Assembly: GCF_021028975.2 (NCBI RefSeq) | Contig: NC_059425.1 | Location: 124,868,001-124,932,000, forward strand | DNA from: Sphaerodactylus townsendi | Taxonomy: Eukaryota | Direction of reading: 5' to 3' | DNA length: 64,000 bases | In this document: positions 13,777-24,425 of the stretch, in pieces | How the letters are laid out: the number at the start of each line of letters is the position of its first letter | How positions within the stretch are numbered: the first letter of the stretch is position 1 | Translations under genes and position numbers: made by a program | Notes under the pieces: generated by a model | Told to the model about the DNA's origin: nothing | What the model saw: only the letters and a program-made list of their open reading frames with translations | Database searches by the model: none

Positions 13777-14457
13777 TGCGTTAGCGACATCTTGATAAAA
13801 CATGAAAACTAGTTTGGCCTTTGACTTATTATTCATTTTGTGGCAGAGTCAGCTTTGAAGAAGTTGCCTACCCCGTTCAAGCTCCACACTATGGAGCATA
13901 TTATTTCCAAGATATTGTACTGAGAGCTGGAATGTACTGAGCTTGTTGCATAAATAAAAATTACACAAAATTGGCTGAGATTCCGATGGTGCACTTAAAA
14001 TATATATTATAATAATCTTAAGGGGTCTGCAGAACTAAAGTTTCCATTATGTCACATTAGCATGCTAAGAACTACAATTGCATTAGGAGATGGGGGGGAG
14101 GGAAGAAGAGCAGTGACTCAGCACAACACAATGAAGTCTCAAGAATCTTATATTTTAAAACATAAAGCTGTGCTTAGCTCCCAAACACCCCAACATTCCC
14201 AGCAAAATAATGTGAATGGGACAGAAGTATGTGGAGTTAAGACTGCTCATTACTCTACTGTGCAATTTTAAACCAATTGCTTTAGAAGGGTATAGCCACA
14301 TTTATGACTGCACTTAACTTACAACATTCCTATAAGAAAATAGATTACAAAAGTAGCATCTGGTGCTGAGCTGCACTGTGTTCTTCCTGCTGAACTCCCA
14401 GTACTTTCAAGATCTCTGGTCATGGGAGGAAGAGGCTATAGCACAGGCCATCCAAAC

Positions 14458-15915
14458 ATTCATTCATTCATTCATTCATTCATTCATTCATTCATTCATT
14501 CATTCATTCTACCGCCCACCCCGAAGGGCTCTGGGTGGTGCACAACATATAAAATTCAATAATATAGACCCAATTACAACATGAAACTAGTTAAAATTAA
14601 CAAATACAATACAAAAATACAATGTAAGTATAAATAGATGGCAAGATGGTAATTCAATCAATCTATCAAGTGTGGTAGCAGAAAGTTCTACTGGGCAGGG
14701 GCCAGGGAACTAAAGGCCCTGGCCTGGGTGGAGGCTGCCGTATCATGGAGGGGCTCAGGACCACCAGTAAATTGGCCTCTGCATTCTACCGCCCACTGGG
14801 GACATAGAGGGATTGACAGTCCCTAAGGTATGAGGGCCCCAGGCTGTGGAGTGCTTTAAATATTAGTACCAATACCTTGAAAACGATCTGGTGTTTCACT
14901 GGGAGCCAGTGTAAGCGGCGCAACACAGGAGAGATGTGGTCATGTACTGAACTAACTATGAGCAGTCACGCCGCCACATGCTGGACCAACTTCAACCTCT
15001 GGATCAGTCGCAAGGGAAGGCCCGCGTAGAGTTAGTTGCAATAGTTAAGTTTAGAGGTGACCATAGCATGGATCACAGTGGCCAGGTCAGTCTGGGAGAG
15101 GTAAGGGGCCAACCACAGTGCCTGCTGCAGATGAAAAACCACAACCTGGGTTATATGGGTCACCTGGGTCTCCATAGATAGAGACGAATCCAGGTGGACC
15201 CCCAGACTGCTAGTTGAGGAGGCCTCCGGCAAGGAGAGCCCCTCAAGCAACGGTGGCTGAAATCCCTCCCCCCTGTTTTGGCCTACCCACAGGACCTCTG
15301 TCTTAGCTGGATCCAGTTTTAACATGCTATGCTTCAACTACCCAGCCACTGCTCCAAACAGCGCTGCAGAGCTTCAGGGGTAGCGGCTGGCCCATCCTCC
15401 ATCAACAGAATGAGATGAGTGTCATAAGCATACTGATAACAGTATGCTTCGTACCAACTGAGCAAGGGGTTGTATATATATGTTAAAGAACAGTGGGGAT
15501 ATTAGGGCCCCTGTGCCACACTGCACTGAAGCGGGCTCCACTGGGAGGCCCTCTCCCCAACCCTTACTTGCTGGTACCAGCCCTGGAGGAATGAAGTGAC
15601 CCATTGTAAGACCATGGCCTGAACCCAAAACGGCCAGGCAGTGGGTCAAAAGATTGTGATCGACCATATCAAATGCTGCAGTAAGATCTAGCAATATCAG
15701 CAGTGCCGATCCACCCCGGTCAAGCTGCATACAGAGTGTATCTGTGATGGCAGTTAGGACAGTCTCTGTCCCATGCCCAGCACAGAAGGTGGACTGGAAT
15801 GGATTCAAAGCCAATGCGTCCTCCAGGAAGCCCTGAAGCTCCTCTAACACCACCCTTTCAATTACCTTCCCCAGAAATGAAAGATTCTAAATGGGGCGAT
15901 AATTGGTCAGATCTC
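14458..15915 (-). mobile_element. L2-clade LINE, 5'-truncated and frameshifted, with (GAAT)n tail
   Basis: ORFs 15422-15853 (HGTETVL...LILLDLTAAFDMVDH) and 15032-15337 (LKLDPAKTEVL...LGVHLDSSLSM...TSKLNYCN) are L2 reverse transcriptase. (TTCA)n at 14458-14508 is the tail. Confidence 0.92.
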
Positions 15916-15918
15916 TAG

Positions 15919-16049
15919 GACACAGTGTATAACAGACTTTCCTCTGTGAAACACCTCTGAAGATGCCAGTCACAGATGCAGGCGAATTGTTAGGAACAAG
16001 ATCTACCAGACCACAGCCACACAGCCTGGAAAACCCACAACAACCAGTT
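15919..16049 (+). mobile_element. Penelope-like element terminal-repeat fragment with mutated hammerhead core
   Basis: Near-identical to 18561-18690. CTGAAGA is present at 15957-15963, but GAAAC has changed to GAATT. Confidence 0.8.
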
Positions 16050-16079
16050 TTAGAATAAAGTTTACACAGCCTGCATTAT

Positions 16080-18320
16080 AAAAACCCCTAACTGTACTAG
16101 TAAGAGTCATATTTGAATCAGCCAAATCTCTGACAAAGAGCAAAACTAAATCACTGATAAAGCCTGAAAACAGCTTTACAGTAATAACTCATGAAATTCC
16201 CTGTACAGATCCCTTTATTCTTGTAGGACCAAGACTTTCCTGTAATTTCTTTTAGAAATAACAAGCCGGACACTGGTGAAATCAGATGAGTCTCTTTTAA
16301 AAGAATGTTTCCTGGAATAAAGATCATGGGCCTAGTTGCCAAGCTACAGGAAAGATACTTTCATTAATGCACCTTTGTTTAGGAGCTCTCTTCTTGAGGT
16401 ATTGGTTGCAAGCTCTTGTTGATGCCTCTTCAGAGTTAGGTCCTAAGATAGCTCATTGCTCTACTAACTCTTTCTCTTTGATGCCTTTCGCTTTTAGAAG
16501 AGTCTGGTCTCATGAGGCTGTGAAGCCCCTCTTTACCATTTCCTTCATTCCCTTTGCCTCTTAATCACCTCCTTCCTGCTTCCTGTCTCTTTCATCCTGC
16601 TTCTGAGTACACTTTTATTCCCAAACTGCCCTTTACTAGCAACGTTAGTGCTTTCAAGAAAGTCCACTTCCTGCTCTCTAATGACCACTGGAGGACTATT
16701 CTGATCAAGCATCATCTTGGTAGCTGAGCCACTGTTCCTCCTGAGACTGCTGCTTTGCTCCCCTTGTTGCCCCTTGTGCCTTTGATGCCAAATGATAACA
16801 GCACAACTCTGCTGCACATGTAAACACTCTTCTTTATAACAGCCATCTCAAAAAAACACAGAGGACCTGTGTTTAAAGAAAAGGAAGTTGGAGGACTTAT
16901 CCAAGAATACTGGCATGATGCCCACACAGGGGTAAAATACTGGAGTGGAACACTGAGGTGAAGCAGAAGCTAAGGCGAGAGCCATCAGACAAGAGAACAT
17001 ATGGAAAAATTGAGAAGTCAATTAATTCTGGCTTCTGGAAGGAAGTGGATCAGGATCAGGAGCAGAGTATCTGTCCTTGGCTTTCTATTTTCTGGCGGAG
17101 CTGTTTCCAGATAACTGTTATTCTATCAGAAATCAGCCAGTATTAAGGGAGATAGGTATAGACCAGGGGTAGGGAACCTGCGGCTCTCCAGATGTTCAGG
17201 AACTACAATTCCCATCAGCCTCTGTCAGCATGGCCAACTGGCCATGCTGGTAGGGGCTGATGGGAATTGTAGTTCCTGAACATCTGGAGAGCTGCAGGTT
17301 CCCTACCCCTGGTATAGACAGAACCCACATGTCCCCGTGGGCAGTACGTCACTGAATATCAGTCTTTCTTCTGAAAATTTCTGGGTTTTTTAATTTTCTT
17401 GCATACAGCAATCTATTAGTTCTCAGGTTCTTTACTGACTGCATTTTTCTTTCTGTCTCATCTTTTGCTACTTTGCCAATTCTAAGCATCTCTGGAGGAA
17501 CCACTCCTAAAATTGTGCCTTTTGTATCAGTCTTCTACATATTGCACATACATCAGGATTATTACTTTTTCACAGATGATTTGCAATTCACTCTTTCATT
17601 CCAGATCCTTAGGCTTCAGTATACCACGCTTTCACTTCCTTCTCATTTTTAATGGCCCTGATTGGGGCAGAAGTATTAATCCTAATAACCTGATTCTACC
17701 TTTTGGATCTACTACTCTTCAGATATCTAAGCTGGGGGGTGGGGGGAATCTGTATTCAGCTCTCCACTCTTGGTTCTTTTATACATTCTACAACACAATA
17801 TTTTTATTGTAATTCTAAACTATTCCTTGACTTTCTCCTATGACATTCTACTAATACATTAACATTCACATCTCTTTTCTCATTTTGACAACTACAGTAT
17901 ACTTCTCCCTGGTCTTCCAATTTCTCAAATCTGTTCCGTTGCACATCTGTTTATCCCTTTTCTTCCTTTGACCTTGAGTGTATCACCTTGGAGGCTCTTC
18001 CTCTACCGCTTCCTTTTCCTCCATGTTTCAAAAAGTATGCTTTTTGTTTGCAAGTGCAAACATTCCTCCCCATTTTCTTGTCTTTCTTCCCTTTGCTTCT
18101 TCTCCACAACCCTCTCAACCTTTTGGTTCTATCTTTTTATCTTATTGGCATGTTATCATCTAAGACTGTGATGTATTCTCAAATCTTTCTTACACCTTTT
18201 CCCATATACACCCTCTTTTAAAATGAACTTCCTCTCTTTTTTGCCCTGTGCTTATACAATAAACAAGGCATTTTCATAAACATTTTTGTTAATTTGTATT
18301 ATTTCCCCCTAACCCTTCCC
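16080..18320 (-). mobile_element. Highly degraded L1/Tx1-like LINE fragments
   Basis: T/C-rich plus strand (A-rich minus strand). Remnants of an ILLKETHL endonuclease-like motif (ORF 16151-16342) and an RLLYARK-like ORF2 C-terminal motif near 17400. Confidence 0.5.
17164..17311. mobile_element. Palindromic 148-bp hAT MITE
   Basis: caggggtagggaacctgc...gcaggttccctacccctg is almost perfectly self-complementary, with a perfect TSD gtatagac (17156-17163, 17312-17319). Confidence 0.95.
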
Positions 18321-18486
18321 ATACTATATCTCTTAAATTGTAAACCTGAATTTAAGAGTTTGCCTTTTCTTCTTTTAACTAGTACTCAGGCACAGACACT
18401 AAGAAAGGTTGTGATTTGACAAGCAGCTATACCTTTTCCCAATAAAAGATCTAACTACAGTTGTTCAGCAGAAGTAAAAGTAGCAT

Positions 18487-18687
18487 TGTACTGTCGAAGG
18501 CTTTCACAGCCAGATTCAACTGGTTCTGGTGGGTTTTCCGGGCTGTGTGGCCGTGGTCTAGACACAGTGTGAAACAGACTTTTCTCTGTGATACACCTCT
18601 GAAGATGCCAGCCACAGATGCAGGCGAAACGTTAGGAACAAGATCCACCAGAACACGGCCACACAGCCCGGAAAACCCACCAGAACC
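18487..18687 (+). mobile_element. Fold-back Penelope-like element (inverted terminal-repeat pieces) with intact minimal hammerhead motif
   Basis: Inverted arms at about 18519-18560 and 18648-18690, a 14-bp TSD agtaaaagtagcat (18473-18486, 18688-18701), and a CTGAAGA...GAAACGTT core. Confidence 0.85.
18596..18636 (+). ncRNA. Minimal type I hammerhead ribozyme motif (Penelope-associated)
   Basis: CCT-CTGAAGA-T-GCC(agccacagatgca)GGC-GAAAC-GTT-AGG: stem I CCT/AGG, catalytic boxes CUGANGA and GAAA, palindromic AACGTT stem III. Confidence 0.7.
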
Positions 18688-19114
18688 AGTAAAAGTAGCA
18701 TGTTTCTGCAGTTCAAAGTAGTCCCAATTTTCTAGAAGTATTAGTCCTTTATAAGCACCTCAGTTGTCAATAACATTATTCTGTGCACTATGAAATTCTG
18801 AACTTCGATAAAAAAGCATTTATAATACCTTGAATGACTATCAGCAAGACTTGTCTTATTGACTAATTTTGCATACAGAGATTATCCATCCTATGTGTTA
18901 CAGAGTATCTGGCATAGGACAAAAGAAAAAGATAGAAGTACTCTCTTTAAATGGGATACTCCACAATTGCCCAATAGATTAACATGTGTGTTAGAATATA
19001 CCCCCTATACCAATAAGATAAAACAAATTATATATAAACACGGGCACATTATTTCTGATGCCCCAGTGTGCTCACTTTACCCTAGATTTGGGCTGCATAG
19101 AAAAAATACTCTTA

Positions 19115-19984
19115 GGTCATTTTCCCACTAAGAAATTAAATCCAGATACAATCAGGTTTCAAAAGAAATGGCATCTTTTCATCACGGTTTTGCCCTTCCC
19201 ACTGCAGTGTGTGTGTGTGATGAGGACATCCATGTCTACCATGCTTTCAAACAGTGCAGCACTCCCCACGATCATGCAATCGATCGCGCAGTCTGCTCAG
19301 TGGCTCTTTCTTCCTTGTCCTGATTGGTTGTTGTGCTGTGTTGGGGCGGGATTTTTTTTTAATGCATTGTCAAAGGGTTTCATGGCCGGATTCAGCTGGT
19401 TGTGGTGGGTTTTCCGGGCTGTGTGGCCGTGGTCTACAGCCTGGAAAACCCACCACAACCAGTTTTTTAAAAACTTTTTTTTGCGCAGCTATGTCATCAG
19501 GCACATGCATAGATAAGATATTAGATGTTTTTTGCGCTAAGCTATGTTTATGCGCAGCTTCCGAACTCTTTATCCACACAGCTCCACTGGCACAAAAGTC
19601 TAATTTTAGTTTACAGTTGGCACAGAAATCATGTTCCACGCAGCCACATTTCAACATAGTTTCCATTGGCACGAAACAAAAAAGGGGCAGCACGCACTTC
19701 GCGCATAGCAGCACTTTAGCTGGAAGGCTCCACATCACTCCTTACGGCGGGAAATTAAATCTAGATTCAACCCCTAAACCTCCCCACCGATCTGGGTTTG
19801 GTGTGTGCTTTTTTAAAAGGGGCACTTCCTTTCAGGTTCTTTAAAAAAACACATGATAAGGGGGAGCAGGAGCGCCAGAACCGGGATGAGTCCGTGTTCG
19901 GCCATCAGACAGTGGGGAGTTCTTCATGAAACCTGGATATTTCACATAAGTATCACACGATTAACTGACCATGGGGATTCAACC
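19115..19984. mobile_element. Non-autonomous PIF/Harbinger-like element
   Basis: TTA TSD (19112-19114, 19985-19987) and imperfect TIRs ggtcattttcccac / atggggattcaacc; precisely interrupts the PLE reading frame. Confidence 0.75.
19363..19462. mobile_element. Short fold-back Penelope-like fragment lacking the hammerhead
   Basis: Same family as 18487-18687. ctggttgtggtgggttttcc pairs with ggaaaacccaccacaaccag; flanked by ttttttaa duplicates. Confidence 0.8.
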
Positions 19985-21479
19985 TTAGAGATTCTCTTGT
20001 TAGAACTGACTTTCTTCAAGTTGCATGCCCTCCTTACCCCATTATAAGACATTACAAATACGAGCATTGCAGCATCTGCCACCTGTATCAGAGTTTATCT
20101 ATCCTAATTTAATCAAGAAATTGACTTGGCATGTGCTCACTACATGTAGCACCAGGGCACGTGTTTACCTGATCCAATGCCCATGCTTGCTTTTGCACAT
20201 TGGGGAATCTACCAGGACGCTACACACACATTTAGTGGGACATTGCTCAAAGATTAGAAATAAGTGTGCAGATGCACCATTGGTGCAACATTTTATAGAA
20301 GAGGGGCATACTCAAGATGACTTTAAATTTTGTGTACTGAATGAATATAAGAGACACCCCTTTAAAACAAAGCAATGTCAAATGTATACTACTCCAGATG
20401 GAAGCCAAGCTTATTTTTGATTTCCATTCATGTTTCCTTTCTGGTCTTAATAAATGAGATAGACTACACGTGTTTTCTTTGATATGACTTTGTTTGGGTT
20501 GTGTTGAGCTGTTTTCTCTTTGGGGACATGATACTTTGCTCGTCATGCTTGTTTCTGACATATATCTGGAATAAAAAGACAGTCATTAAGATTTTTTGAA
20601 ACCTTTAGTCTTTTGAAAACTTTTTCTGGTGCTGATTGCTTACAGCTGCACCTAATCTATTGGCTCATAATATATCGCAACTTCCAGCATGTGTTAGTAT
20701 CTTATTACTATGTTTTTATTTTACTTGTGGGTATATAGTCCAACATGAATGGGAACATGAGGTTTTCATGATTACTATACATGTTATTGGTTTTTAGAGG
20801 GCTTATTTATTATCAGTAATTATTATGTTATTGATCTTAATATTTATATGACATTTTAATGTATTTATTATAATATATTAAATTCTTGTTATGCAATAAT
20901 TAATAATATTTAATAAGTTTTGGAGCATGTCTTTACTACTTCGTATAACTTAGTAAGATCATATTTTACATGATACTATATTCATTATACTTATTCTTTT
21001 AAGCCTTCAATTATTTATTTTTTTATATTATTAGATGCTTCATATTGATTCCCAAGACTGGAGATGCTACTAAGGTATTGGAAGAGATCAAGTCCTTAAC
21101 ACTGACAGCAAAATGTGACTTACCTAATCTTTGAATCTTCCAACAATTACAAGAGGAACCTGTTCCATGGGACACTACTCCATTACCATATAGAATTGGA
21201 TTGAAGACCAGCTGACTTACCAGTGATTCTGTTACGGAATTTTGTTGTGGTAGACTAATGCTCTCATTTATGCACTTTGGGGGGGGGGGGTTTACATTAA
21301 ATACAACATATTTTCCATTCTTGTATTTTTGCCTTTGCCTTGGTGTAGTGGGTTCTCTTTTGTTCCCCTCTTTATCAGCAAGACCTGCCTTTTTTTATAG
21401 GGGCGCCTACCATTTTCCTCCCTGTTCAGGAGCCTCTCTGCTGCCGCAGCCATTTTAAGAATGTTTCCAACAGTGCTTA

Positions 21480-22330
21480 TAGCTCATCTAATGGGCATTT
21501 TAATGAAACACTTAGATGAACAAAGTCTGTTTATCCTGGTGATCTCGTGAACATGTGGTTCTTTCTTTTTTAAAAAAATTAGCAATATTTGAAGCTTTGC
21601 AGATCACATATTAGAACAGCAGCCTCTTGGAGGACTGGTCTACCTCTCTTTCAGAAGCATTGGGTAGGCCTGGTCTCCCAATGGTCAAGGCACTATAAAT
21701 ACTCTTTTATCAAAGTTCAATGCTTCATAGTGCGCAGAATAATGGTTTTGACAATGACAGAGCTTAAAAATGACTCTTTAAGGCTTCTAGAGAATTGGGG
21801 GGAGAACTGGGTAAGCATTAGGGCCCCCATAAAGCATTACTCCACAAAGAAGGTCCCGAAGGAAGTAGTGGCATATTGATTCACAGTCTCCCTTGGATCT
21901 TTATGTGGAAAAGGTGGAAAAAGGTATAAAAAAGGGAACACATCACCAAGACCCAAAAAGTCTTATTGGCCCAAACCAAATAAGTTCAGATGAAAATGCC
22001 TTAGCCAAGCAAAACTATCTGCAGTAAATAAAATGACAACACAGATATTACTCCATGAAAATCATGAAGAGAAAGAAATGAATGGAAAATTAACATCCAA
22101 AACAATTTTTAAAATCACATTTTGTGCATATTTGATCAAGCTTTCGACACAAAGCTTCCAAAATGCTATCCATATGTTCAAGAATGTGGTTTTCAAGACA
22201 TTTTCTCTCAGAAGTTTGGATTTTTTTCGACAGAGCCAAAAAATGAAGCTAAAAATTGGATCTCTAATGATACAAAGACTCACTGTCTGAAAAACAGAGA
22301 TGTCCTACAGTTATGTGAACATACATAACA
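21480..22330 (-). mobile_element. Possible degraded L1-like ORF2 3' fragment
   Basis: FIFWLCRKKSK in ORF 22062-22283 resembles the L1 C-terminal HxFWxC motif; otherwise weak. Confidence 0.35.
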
Positions 22331-22834
22331 ATTTTTTTTGTTAAGCTGCTTTTTAATATTGCATATGCACTGAAACTCTATGCAAATTAAAAATTGTCAT
22401 TACAGTTGAACTTTTAAAATCCAGGTTTTTCCCCCCACAGGCTAAGTTGAAACAATGAAAAACACATGTACATTTAACATCTCCTGACATAAACCAGATT
22501 TGAACCACTGACCTTCGAATCTCCTTTGCACAGGCCTAACAGGAGCCGCCTTGGTTACTTTCTAAGCTAGTCACTAGCAAAGAGCTTCACAAATTGCTGA
22601 GTCAATTAAGCAACTATTTGTTCTTTTGCTGTACCAGAGGGAATGAAATAGCTACTAGTAAAATCTGGAGCTGCCATTTTAGAATCTGGGATTCTGTTCT
22701 TCTGTGATCTCCTATAATTTTGTGGTTAACATTCTTTTTTACCCTTAAGCAGGAAACAGTTCAAGTTTCTTAGTTTTATACAAGACTACTGTGTATGAAA
22801 GTGGAAAACAAAATGAAACGCCCATCAAGGGAAA

Positions 22835-22986
22835 NNNNNNNNNNNNNNNNNNNNNNNNNNNNNNNNNNNNNNNNNNNNNNNNNNNNNNNNNNNNNNNNNN
22901 NNNNNNNNNNNNNNNNNNNNNNNNNNNNNNNNNNNNNNNNNNNNNNNNNNNNNNNNNNNNNNNNNNNNNNNNNNNNNNNNNNNNNN
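22835..22986. other. Assembly gap (152 N)
   Basis: Run of N. Confidence 1.
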
Positions 22987-24244
22987 GCCCCACTTTCTTG
23001 GATCATAGCTCAAAGCAATAGAAGAAACTCTTCTTTATTCCTTCAGGAGTCTAACCAAGATATTAGCTATCATATATAAGGTAAAGCATAGCAGAGGAAA
23101 ACAAAAGGAGAACACTGTGTGTTTGCCTCTTCAAAACTCCTGGTACCTGAAGAATGCTCTCTCAGCAGTAAGCCTTTTACAAACAATTCATCTTTCATAA
23201 AGAAGAGCTGAAACCTTGCAAAGTCCATCCAACTGTCCTTCCAGTCACAACTGCCAGGTCAGAATGCTGAAAGATAATGTTGCAGTGCCACCAACCTGAA
23301 AAAAATAATCCAGTCTCTCACAGTCATTTTCAGATTGTGGCTGTCGAGTGTTAAGACTCATATCTCCTTATGAGTCCTTTGTTCTGCTGCAACCATTTAC
23401 TATACTGCATTACAGTAAATATTTTACAACAAGATTTATCACCAATTATTTCATTTATCTACAACAAATGCATGTCAAAAGCTGTATGAAAAAATTAGCT
23501 TTCCTGGGGTCTTTATGTGTAGTCTTTTTCCAGATGGTAACAACCTAAGCAAAACCAGAATACAACTATTCATACTGAACTGAAAAAAATATACTGGTTT
23601 TCAGTGAAAGCATTCCACAGGATCCAAACCAATCCACCTAAATATCGAATTTTTATTCTTATTTCTACCTTCATGTAATTATTTTTCCATTGCTTTTATT
23701 TGTAATGCACCATTTAAGACTGGCAACAAAACATGACCAGGCAGTCTTAGATAACAGCTTCATTTCTTTTGCACCATTCTCCTGTGCATTAAGTGAAATA
23801 CAGATCTTATGAAAAAGAAGAAGGAATCCAAAAGATAAGGTTGGACAGGATATTAAAGATTTCCTTATCTCACGTGGCCTTCTAGAGTCTGCAGAGCAGA
23901 CAGAATAATGCACAGGTTCCAATACCTTTTGTATTGTCAAAGCTACTCCTGCTCTTTAAGAAACCTTTGCTTTCATTTTAGCTTCACTCTTCCAGCCTTT
24001 CTACTTGTGCATGTCACAAGACTCGACCTGACAGGCCTTATCATGTTTGTGAAACAAACATTAGCATCTCCTGTATTGTGACCAGTTCAGTCAGAAACTG
24101 AAAGCCCAAAAGCAAAGAGGTTATGGTAGAAATAAAAGTTTAACAGACTGGATCAATGAACAATTACATTGTTTCACTGTTGTTCCATCCTTCCTCTAAG
24201 GAGTTCATAAGGAGTGTAGTGGAAACTATGTGTGGGATTCGCAT

Positions 24245-24425
24245 TGTGTAAGTGTGTCAAGTTGCAATTGCCTTATGGTGACACCAGTGGAGGGGGGGCG
24301 GGGCTCAAAGCAAGTGAGAAGCAGAAGTGGTTTGGTATTGCCTTCATCTGCAGTGTCTTCCTTGATGGTCTTCTGACTCAGCTTGGTTTCCAAGATCTGA
24401 CAAGACAGGGCTGTATCATTCCATC
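24245..24425 (-). mobile_element. SINE/LINE-tail fragment related to 29524-29672
   Basis: gtcaagttgca...cttatggtgac...gaagtggtttggtattgcc resembles 29524-29610. Confidence 0.5.

Larger units (their letters stand above)
18850..20460 (+). mobile_element. Degenerate Penelope-like retroelement (RT C-terminus and GIY-YIG endonuclease; Neptune-like)
   Basis: ORF 18859-19131 (F.YRDYP...IKQIIYKH) and ORF 20025-20420 (TC...VYLIQCPC...HIGESTR...H...IR...HF...GH) fit the PLE RT thumb and GIY-YIG domain. Removing the 19115-19984 insert restores RKNTLRDSLVRTD. Confidence 0.85.

Noticed and set aside
8114-23079. ORFs containing X runs at 8.1-8.6 kb and 22.7-23.1 kb
   Set aside because: Artefacts of the N gaps.
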